A DNA stretch of 57,012 nt, the filler included, from Catajapyx aquilonaris (Eukaryota): NCBI GenBank assembly GCA_000934665.2. It is 2 parts of 2 records of this genome, joined end to end, with 100 filler letters (N's around TTAATTAATTAA, not from the genome) between each part and the next. Parts side by side here need not be neighbours in the genome. Positions count along the whole stretch, not along the records: positions 28,574 to 57,012 come from JYFJ02004915.1; 1 more part is not named here. One strand, given 5' to 3'. This document shows positions 47,101 through 57,012 of the stretch, piece by piece. Position numbers and translations under genes: made by a program. The notes below the pieces were generated by a model that ran no database searches, had not been told where the DNA came from, and worked only from the letters and a program-made list of their open reading frames with translations. Within the stretch, counting starts at the first letter, position 1, and each line of letters starts with the position of its first letter.

Positions 47101-50100
47101 TCTTAAAACTCCCGAAAAATCCACTAAAACGCGATTACTAAGTGTTATGCAGTATAATCTGGATTGTAAAATATTCATTCCCAACTAGTTGTTGCAGGGC
47201 GACATGAGCTGTTTTGTAAACAGATTTATTACTGCACCTTTGTGCAAATATTTCCAAACAAGAATACTGTGGGACGCCACAGTGCCATTCACCAGCTACA
47301 GGAAGTTCAAACGACAGGTAATGAGAATTAAGCATGCCAACTGCAACAGTTGAAAAATAGTCGCACCGAAAACACGCATGAAGTACAAAAATTCAAATAT
47401 GTTCCCCCCCCCCCCTCCCTGGACATACTGTACGTGCAGGCTAATATGCCATTAACCCCCTCTGCACTATTATTACCCTTCTCGCACACGCCTGCCATTC
47501 CTGTGCACACTACAAGGCGTACAGCCACAATATTGCGCACAGACCAAACAGGAATAATAGAGTATTTATTCCAACCTACAGTATTTCAAATCCCTCCGAC
47601 CTGCAGTGGACTTTTATCATACCCATGCATGAGTAATGGTAATCACTCCACCTTGTACTTTAAGATGGGTGTGGTTGGGTGCTATACACACGATAGCTTA
47701 ATGGGGCACTAATAGGAAATTGTACCCGGATAATTAATTAGGGGCATGGCAAACCCCCCCCCCCCTTTTTTTTGCCCTCCCAGCCCATTTGCGCTTCTCA
47801 CAGTCACGATTCATCGAAAACGTTCGTGAGGCATGAAATTTCGTCAGTTTTTTTTCCTTCTTTCTAAATGTTCCCCTTCCCGCCAGTTTTCCAGCGTTCT
47901 CGGCACAAGCCCTTTACCTCCACTCGCCTCAAATTGAATTTTTGCAGCCGGCGCCGTTCAGGAGTGATACAAAACAGGGTTGTCCAATCACATGCAATAT
48001 GGCGCAACGAAACACACTGGATTTTTTAAGACACTCCGTTCGGTGCTGTGTCGCATTTTCAGTTTATTAGGACTAATAAAATAATCGTAAGATTGAGCTG
48101 CAATACGCTCCAATAAGGAAGCATCCGGCGGTAAAAGAAAGTAAGGAAAGTATGTAAAGAATTTTCTTAATCAAAAAATATTTTGCAAATTACGTACATG
48201 TGAAATTAAATCCTTGTCATGATGGGCTCTGCGGGGCATTCGGCAAAAATATTGTTTTACTCATATTAGATATAAGTTAATTATTTTTCCCATGCTACTG
48301 GTGAAAAGGAAAGGTCTGACCAGTGACCATTTTGCATGTATAGTCTTTAGCAAAAATGCAACTCCAGCTGTACTTTTACACACCCTCATATTCTAGAAGT
48401 TTAACCAACCACGTGCTTTAAATTAGTGTATTAAAGATGGTACTTTTGTCTGGACTGAAAGTTTCTCTGTGCAGACAGTACAATACTGTATGCAGGCATA
48501 TGAGTTTACCTCTCAAAGGTAATTGACCTAACAAACGTTTCACAATAAAATGCTTAATATTCCTTCTTAAGTAACAATAAATTTGTCACAATATTAACAA
48601 AATTTATAATGACAGTACACTCTCGTAAGATATTAAGGTTGATTCAAAGGCCAACTAATGAATATGGTATTGTAATAGATGCGAGTGTTTTAGGCTATTC
48701 GTATGTTTTTATATACTGTAGGATTAAATCTGTCTTGTCCTGGATTTACCTGTAGGTCGAATAAAGAAATTTCCGTCGGAAACATTAAGTAAAATTTATA
48801 GCCCATTTTGGAGTTCGCAAATCAAATAGGGACTGAAAGTATATTTTATGATTGTTCAATACATTTTGTGTGGAATGTTATAAATGAAGTATTTTATTAT
48901 TATAATAGTCCCATGATGTGATGGACATCCATAACTGCTGGGGTATTACAATAGCGTGGAACGCGCACTATGTAGTGAACATTTGAAGTCAGCAAGAAAA
49001 AACATCACAGTAATAATCTTCTGCAATGAATTGACCATGCCATACTGTCATGTGGTGTTCAAGGGAACATGGCAGTCATGGTATTAAGAGTTTCTTTTAC
49101 TCTGAACAAACCACCGCTGTTTTTGGAGCTTGCCTTGTAGTAGCAGTTCGTGAGGGCAATATTTTATTGCAAGGTCTTGATGGGCTTTTAGGCACGCCCA
49201 GCAGTCAGCAAAAACTGCATCCCGGCAACAAATTAGTACAATTAATTTGCTCCTGGCCAAGTAATTTTACATCTCCATGGCATATCTAGTAGATTATGGC
49301 CGCAAGAATCATCAATTAAGCATGCATGCGAGTCAGAACATTGAAATCACAATAATTTAGAGTGCGGATTTGACACCACGATTGAAAGAGCGAGTAACTC
49401 AGAAGTGTATATATATTCTTTGCTCTGATATTTCCGCTCCTCTTAGCAGACCACAAACCTAAGGCCCAATTTGGTCTATCCTGTTATGACGTCCTGACTG
49501 CCTTGGCGGTTGGGAAATAAAAGAATCTCCGCCGGCAACGACATTCAGTGATGAGTTCTTCTTGGCTCCGGAGCCGTCAACCCCATTCCCACCCATCTAA
49601 CAAACCACTTCCATCCGAAAGGAAGAAAAATAAGGGAAAAAGTACCGGATAGAGTTTGATGAAACGATAATCTACCATCACTCGGCATCCCTCATCTTCC
49701 GAGATCCCCACAAAAATAAAGTTTACTTTTTTCATCCCTCCCATATTGCCATTGGATTACATAGGCTATATATCGATAGTTTCCAAGCTCATTATAGGAC
49801 CGGATCAGAGATGAGAGAGGGGAGAAAATACACCTTTCGTGATGGCACACTAAGTAAAGAGGATTTCCAGATGTAACATAGCCTTTTCGCTAAAGGCTGG
49901 AACATTAGTCTATGCTCCCTGTGGGCACCCGACTTCTTTTCAAGTCCCCTTCTCCACTCCAACTAGTATCCTCTCACATCCAACTTCTCGAAGAGAACAT
50001 CGTCAGGAAGCGAAAAATTCCCGTGTGCGCCTTACGTTTAATGAGAAATCTTCTTGAGAGCCACCTTCTGGGAGTTGTGTCCCCATCGCGAGAGAAACCT

Positions 50101-50522
50101 CATTGATGGCTCGTCCTTTACTGTCTGGGATGGAAGAGGGGGAGGGGAAAACTTACAGGTCCACACGTAAACTCAAGATATCATGGAATATAGATCCGTA
50201 TAGAGTTGACCTTAGATATATTGGGGGGAGGGGAGGGGGAGGGGGGGGAATCGATCTCTTCTGTAAGCAGCGAGCTGACGGTTGAAAAATTCTGCCAGGT
50301 ACTGAATGCTGCACTGTGCTGCACAATACGGCCTATGGGAGACTCAGAGCCCCTGGTTTTCACACAGTCCCGTTTTACAAGAGAAGCGCATAGGTTGTAT
50401 GGCTGCCAGGATGAGCTATTCTCATTGAAGTATTCACGTTCACAAGATTGCCTTGAAAAATTCTGATTGAAGAGCTTGGATACCACCACGTCTATGCAGG
50501 GTTCGGAAAAGGGATACAGTTG

Positions 50523-50764
50523 CCCTTACTGGCGTGCGGGAGGCGGGAGGGGAGTAAGCGGTGGGGGCAGCGGGCTGTGTCGCAAAGGCAAGGATAAAGG
50601 ATAGGCGTGTATCCGCAAGTAATGAAGGTCAGGCTTGGTTAGGTTGGTACAGCATACCCATTCCAAAATCCAAAAAAAATCAATCCTTGCATCCTTGCCT
50701 TTGCGACACAGCCAAGCTGCCCCCAGCCACCACTCACCCTGCCGCCTCCCGCCCGCCGGTAGGG
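50523..50764. mobile_element. GC-rich MITE-like inverted repeat
   Basis: gcgggaggcgg..ggggcagc..ggctgtgtcgcaaaggcaaggat / atccttgcctttgcgacacagcc..gctgcccc..ccgcctcccgc. Confidence 0.75.
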
Positions 50765-51021
50765 ATTACTCTTTCCCGGAAAAGATCTGTTCAAAGTTAT
50801 CCTGACTAAGAAAGGCAACCCACACGGCACAATGATTCGTGTCTTTAGAGTGGTGTATATCACTGAAACTTGGCAACGTCGGGTAGTTAGATCAAAATGG
50901 CCGCTGTCAAGCCACTCTAACATATTGTCATTCAATGGAAGAATGTTTCTAACAGCTGACCTTCAACGCCTTCAGCAGTTTCGATCAAGGGTTTGGGCCT
51001 GCTTTGTCAATCTTGAATCCA

Positions 51022-51030
51022 TCCTCTCTC

Positions 51031-51084
<54 letters not shown>

Positions 51085-51092
51085 TCTCTCTC
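51022..51092. repeat. (CT)n microsatellite
   Basis: Slightly interrupted CT run. It gives the spurious poly-SL and poly-ER ORFs. Confidence 0.95.
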
Positions 51093-51280
51093 TTCGGGGT
51101 ATCCCTGGAGAGAGAAAGAGACGGAAGAGAAGGAGAGATACGCGATTGGGCAAACGCGGGATATCTCGGTGCGGGTTTGCATTTCGCATGTTGGAGTCTC
51201 TAAGGCGGCATTTGACCCACACGAATATTCTTACATTTTACGGTGTAAAAACCACATGAATTTTTCATAGCTCTTTGAGT

Positions 51281-51603
51281 TCACTTTGAGTATATGCAAC
51301 ATGGGTCTCCGACGCATAGTTACCGATATAATGTGCTTCAAACACTAGGTATAAAAATAATATCCTGGCACGTATATGAGTCCTCTTCCACGAGATCTTA
51401 CCTTTTAAATTTAAATTGAAGGTGTTACGATGTAATTTAATTTTAATTTACGATCCTGTTAGATGTAGCAGGGAATGTCCTAGTCGGTGGAAGTGTCGTA
51501 AGCACTATCCAAAACCTATAGCTGGGATAATGTACTTTTTATTTAATGCTAATTATCTCGGTAACTATGCGTCGGAGACCCATGTTGCATATACTCAAAG
51601 TGA
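51281..51603. mobile_element. MITE-like element with ~52-bp inverted arms; related fragment at ~5440-5472
   Basis: tcactttgagtatatgcaacatgggtctccgacgcatagttaccgatataat / attatctcggtaactatgcgtcggagacccatgttgcatatactcaaagtga. Confidence 0.8.
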
Positions 51604-54132
51604 TCGCCTAGAACCCCTCTATCATTTCCCAAAGCGACGGTAGGTTAAATTTCCGAACCCTCTACACTAGTTTGTGCCATTTTCGTGTGAGAGATGGCGT
51701 TTCAGAGAGCATAATGCCATACACGGTCGCTACGTAAGGGGAAAAATGGTATAGTCTTGATATTTACATAGGATTAATATTTGCAACACAACCAGCATAT
51801 TATTGACGCGTAACCACAACGGTAGCAATTTTGAATGGTCCTTTAAAGTTTCTATCACGACATATTTACCGCTGGTCATTTATTTTATTGCCTCCATACT
51901 GATTGGCCTATGCTTCTTTATTTACTAAGTTTATTAATTTTTATCCATCTTCATCATCATGCTACGTGGAAAATGGGAGTAAATTGAATTAACATTTTTG
52001 GTAGCAGGCCTGTGCCTCAAACATTGATTCGGCAGATTAACATGGTGAACATTTGCGAGCACATTACACCTGACTCCTGCCAGAATCGCGTGAAAGCAAA
52101 GGGTGGTAAACTTGTCAGTGTTTATCCCACGGGCGAATAGAGTGTGAGGTCCAGCATGTAATAAGTGTGCGCTGGCGGGTCAATTTTTCTGTCGACACAC
52201 CAAACTAGCAATTATCAATCAATGTGCCGTCAGGGCATCGTCCGCTGATTCACAATGTAAACCCAGTCGTCGACCATAAAACTGAGATAACATCTTCCAT
52301 GGGAAGCAGACGGGCTGGTAATTAGTGACGGGCAGGACAGCTGGCTCTCGATAATCCCACCTTTTAGGCCAGAGCTGCGGTTCCCCTTTGTGCTAGAGAT
52401 GGCTCCATTAGAGAGCACCCACATCCGGAAGGTGCTGTTCCTTCCTCCGCTCGTCTTTTGTTCCCGTCTCTGGCCTCTCCCTCCGTTATTGCTCCGCTCT
52501 TTTGTCCATAAGGGCTTTCCAGAGATGACTTGGCCGGACTCTATCGACTCTCCCAAGCCAAGCAGGGACTAACGAGGAGCAACATTCCTCTATCTCCCGG
52601 CCTGCTACCCTACATCCCCATTAGGCCTAAGTGCAAGCAAAAGCTGAATGCGCTATTTGGTCCGCTTTGCATGTGAGAGTTAATTCCCAAATTGTGCGAA
52701 CGTTTCCGACTTGTAATCTTGCATCGTACTCCAGGACCGGACTTTGAAAAGGTGGACGCGTTTGTTGCTTCCTTGTTGCGTTTTAAGTGACAGTGGAAAA
52801 TAGACAGGGCTTTTAAATACTTGGCGGATTCGCAAACGCGACTCTAATTCCATGCTGGCGAATCCCAGGAAATTAATGGTGGCTGACATTGCATCAGATA
52901 GGGGCTTTTCCTGTTTGCCTACGGGCATGAATTTCCCTCTGCCTACAAACCCCCTCCCACAAACGATAAGAGGCAGGATATGGATGCAGCAGATCTCTAT
53001 CGGGCAACCGGCTTTTGTTGCCTACGTAGACATGCTTATCGCCACATCGGATTTTGAAGCCTTCATACGAAAAATAGCTGGACGTCGAACGCCCTCTGTG
53101 CTGTGCAGGCACGTGTGATTTCCAGTCCTCACGTCACATGCAACGGTGATAAACTTGACATTCATCGGAAATCAATGGCAAAAAAGTGCTGCCTAATCTT
53201 GTCTAATGCACCACGCCATTAAAATTACACCTACTTGCGCTCTTAATCACCGGCTGTACCGGCCAGTCTAGGTGTCCTGACCCAAATGATGTTTCTTCCG
53301 GGAGGAGTAATAAAAATGATCAGTGGCCCAGAAGGCCTAATTATAGGCCAAAAATTCGTACAAGAGGAACCTCAATGACCTTCCCCTTAATTGAAACCTC
53401 AGCTTCTTATTACAGTCCGGTATCTTTCCCCATCCTCTATTTTTGTCACGATGTCCCACGGTGAGACGACTTGAAAAGAAAGACGAGCCCTTAATTAGCT
53501 CTTTTTTACGGGGCCACGGCCGTGTCTACCCAAAAGCCGCGTCCTGCCTTTAAATCCGGAAGAAAAAAGGAGTTTATCGGCCTACTTTGATTGCGCTTCA
53601 AGATGGCGGCCTTTGTTGGTGGTTACCCGGTGACCAAGTCTTCTTCCCTGACGAGAGTGCAGGTTGAGTATTTCTTCTCTGCTTACCTCCTTTCCCCTTA
53701 TAGAAGAGGAGCTGCTTGTGTTTTAACCAAGACTATACAGGCATGATGGCGCGCTGTTAGCCGAGATCCTGTGGTTTTCACCATCTCTAATTTCATCACT
53801 TTCCTTCTCAACTTCTCATAAAGAGATGGAGCGAGAGTGAGGTTGAGGAGAGAGTGGGTGTGGGTTCCAGGAGAATAATTTTCACGTGAGCTCATGAGAG
53901 ATGAATAAGGTCGGTGTAGTGTTGAGGTTTCAAATAACAACACTCTTTTGAGAAGCAATAATTTATCTGTCCCAGGTTAGTTTGCATTTACTTACGAGTG
54001 ACTGTGACGAAACAATTTATTGAATGGACGTTCTCTTATGTTGGAAGTATCAAATAACATAATTTTCAGGGCGGCACCGGACTATAAAACCTGTGATTAG
54101 ATGATGGCAAATAAAGGATTCGCAGTGATATC

Positions 54133-54200
54133 GTCCTACTCCCACAGGGAACCAAATATTGCCAATCAATAGCAATATTTGTCCCCTGTGAGAGTAGGAC
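54133..54200. repeat. Short imperfect hairpin
   Basis: gtcctactcccacaggg..caaatattgc / gcaatatttg..ccctgtgagagtaggac. Confidence 0.7.
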
Positions 54201-55585
54201 TATATGTTGCTGTAATAACTGATGAATAGAGTGCCATGTCATCTCAAGCCGGTTCGCTTGGGAAATGTCAATGGCAACTCATTTGTTACGCTTTTGAAAA
54301 GAAAATCAATTCGTTTTGAAATCTACGAAGTACTATGCTTCTCCGAATTTTTCTTATATGCAATGTAGTTGGATGTAGGCTACTGTACATAAAATATATA
54401 ATAAAAACATGAATTTATGAATAACTCGTGTCAATTAAAATTATTGCAAGTAATATCATGGAAAATTTGTAACGATTTTGATCATATTGCTTGAAAACGC
54501 AGGGGATGATGTGAAGGTGCTAAACATATCTGTGGTTATGTTATACGGGTGCACCGCAAACTGAAAAAGGCATACATGCAGTTGCACACCTGTGAATCTG
54601 AGGATCACTCTATGTAGGGGTGTCACTTTCTCTGAGCAGACTCGTTATCGAGAAAATAGGTTTCAAACACAAGCCATAAAATAGCCTGGCAGGCATCCTT
54701 CCCTCTAAAGAGACCTTGCCCCTTTCAGTTTAAATACGGTACATGTGTTGCTATAGTTTTAATTAAACTGTGCTCTGTATTATGTGTAGCAGGCAGTCAT
54801 CGACAATATGGAAGTGTCGTAGGCTGTATCCATGACAATAATAAAGGAGATGGTATAAAGCATTCTTTAATCAAAGCTAATTACCTCGTTAATGGCACAG
54901 CAGAATATATCAATCTCGAAATGCCGAGGAATTCAGCCTCATGGGTTCGCCGGTATCTTTATTGATCACATTTTCCAGTGCATGACTCCTACTGTCTGAT
55001 TGCTAAGCACGTTTTCTGATAGATAAATTACTTTCCTTTAAAGAGAAATATTTAAAATGCATATCACAAGGGAAAACACAAAATCAACATTCAATAATTA
55101 ACAAGCTCTCACATGTAGGAGTAATTAAAATGTGAGTTTATTCTATTATGGGCATTTCATGTTTTTCTCATATTCCAATCGAAGAGATGAATTTCCTCAC
55201 TCTTACTGGATCGGGTGAAAATATACATTCACAACGCGTCTGATGGCTCTGTGTCTTTTCCCCCCTTTTTTGGTCGTCACTCTATATGGTACATTAAAAC
55301 ATGCTATAGGTTACCGTTCGTGTTGTCAATATGACTACTGTGACAAATGACCCCTGCGTATATAGCAACAGTCAGTCCTCTAGCCACGCAAAAACAGAAA
55401 ACAGTCCCAGCAACACATCCACATCAACTCGACAGATCATTTGTCTTTTTACCGCTTCGACTAGTGTATACTGTACCGTACTTATATATGACTGTGAAGT
55501 CTTGAAATGCAGGGTCTCATTGGAATGATTTTCATCGAATTATGAGAATTTGAACGAAGATTGTGTAGTAGGCTATATCGTGGGC

Positions 55586-55791
55586 ATGCAAGTGAAACAC
55601 AGTAAGTAAAATTTTGGTGGTTTGGAGTTATTTACAGCAATAAGTGTCTTTTTTATGCTCTATCGCCTGGTAAGTCAATTATTAACAATAATTGTAAATT
55701 GACTTACCAGGCGATACAGAATGAAAATGACACTTATTGGTGTAAATAACTCCAAACCACCAAAATTTTACTTACTGTGTTTCACTTGCAT
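55586..55791. repeat. Long near-perfect palindrome (~95-bp arms)
   Basis: atgcaagtgaaacacagtaagtaaaattttggtggtttggagttatttaca..tatcgcctggtaagtcaatt / aattgacttaccaggcgata..tgtaaataactccaaaccaccaaaattttacttactgtgtttcacttgcat. Confidence 0.9.
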
Positions 55792-55849
55792 AACGAATCT
55801 TTATGACTAGCAATAAATAAATAATTGTTAGTCATAAAGATTCGTTATG
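55789..55849. repeat. Second hairpin directly abutting the long palindrome
   Basis: cataacgaatctttatgactagcaat / attgttagtcataaagattcgttatg. Confidence 0.85.
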
Positions 55850-57012
55850 AGCTAGCTAGCCGGGATTTCCTGACATCACTAGTATGTAAACAGGCTAGGT
55901 CAAATGTTTGCCTTCGATTATCTCAAAACTGATCTTTTGGACTTACGGTCAGTTGCGTGCATATTAGTCATGGGGTTAGTCAATATGTGAGCACTAGAAA
56001 ATTCCGTAGTTGACGTAAATTCATGTTCATACCACAGGCCCACTAGTATGTTCACGATCTAGAGTTCTAGACTTTTAATATATTTATGTACTGCATTGTG
56101 ATACTGTATTATTCATCTATCGGAAAATTCACTCCAGTGTGTGTTGACATAATTTTGAACAATGATATGATTCTGTAGTTCTGTATTTCAAATCATCACG
56201 TGTTATTTACAACTAGACATATCGACACTCGAATGCATGTAGTTTTGAACCTGCAAGCGTGAATATTTCTAGACTAATAAGCTACAAGTCAGAACATCTG
56301 ATCTGGCATGAATGCATCAGTGTTTGAATGGCTAAGGTAGATTAGCAGAGCCTTCTTTCTCTGGGCTGTGTCGATAACCGTGCAGACCCTCAACTCAAAT
56401 TACACGCTCGCTTTGATTGATTAATTAACAAGACACGGCTTCTTTCTGCCGTGCGGTTGAAAGGCAATTATCCTCTATATTTGGTTACCACGCAGGTCAA
56501 ACACTATGAAGCCACGACCCCGATAATAATTCTTGACTCGAATTAACCTAGGTCACTACCTTACTAATTATATTCGAGTATTTCTTAATTAATGCTCTCA
56601 GAAAAAGTGACGGCATAAAGTTCTGGCCTGAAAGACACGGAAAAGAAATTATAGTACTTATGATGCGTATATATTCACGCCAAGAGACATTTAGACAGGC
56701 AGGATATTGGAAAGGTTCCAAAATATATTTTCAATCCGTTATGTTGGCGGAACTGAATATATCATAGGTCATGACTTTTTTAACTTACTTATGGTAAGTA
56801 TTGTTTAAGAAATATATTGTACAGTAGAAGAAGGTTATACTGTCAGGGAATGATAGTGGGCTATACTGCACACTATTTCAAAGTTGTTGTTTTTTTGAAA
56901 CAAAAAAATGACAATTGAAACGTTGATAAGACGGGGTCAGAGGTCATCTGGTGATGACCCGACTTCCGCTTACTTGCAAACTATCGCGACGAGGGGGAGT
57001 GCAGGTAAGTTT

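Noticed and set aside
53598..53668. CAAGATGGCGGC start context followed by 20 codons and CAG|GTTGAG, a possible nested first exon
   Set aside because: The donor is weak, the peptide is unrecognisable and I see no downstream exon. Not supportable without transcripts.
56955..57010. RDEGEC(R) followed by a strong CAG|GTAAGT donor at the window end, reminiscent of GluN2 RDEGCK
   Set aside because: There is an in-frame TGA at 56952, no DAFIYD upstream and no convincing acceptor.

Overview
AT-rich eukaryotic, almost certainly arthropod, genomic DNA. The only host gene I can support is the middle of an NMDA-type glutamate receptor subunit 2 gene (Nmdar2/GluN2-like) on the + strand. It has five GT-AG exons (8775-8958, 10706-10815, 12328-12440, 15173-15296, 22139-22299) with mutually compatible phases, encoding about 230 aa from the end of S1 through M1, M2, M3 and the start of S2. 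I found no further recognisable exon upstream or in the remaining ~35 kb, which also contains an artificial 100-bp scaffold spacer (28474-28573). The rest is intron filled with transposon material: tRNA-derived SINEs with target-site duplications (TSDs), many MITEs/foldback elements, and Tc1/mariner and hAT transposase fossils. The most striking structure is a three-layer nest at ~30.0-33.0 kb. A decayed Buster/Charlie-type hAT transposase is split by a Helentron/DINE-1-like element, which is split in turn by a young TTAA-flanked Kolobok-like element with 98-bp terminal inverted repeats (TIRs). That innermost element keeps an intact spliced THAP-domain gene start with duplicated 60-nt micro-exons and the start of a second, convergent spliced gene. 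I see no prokaryotic-type system (CRISPR etc.), and most ORF-track entries are spurious. All assignments come from reading the sequence by eye; no database search was run.
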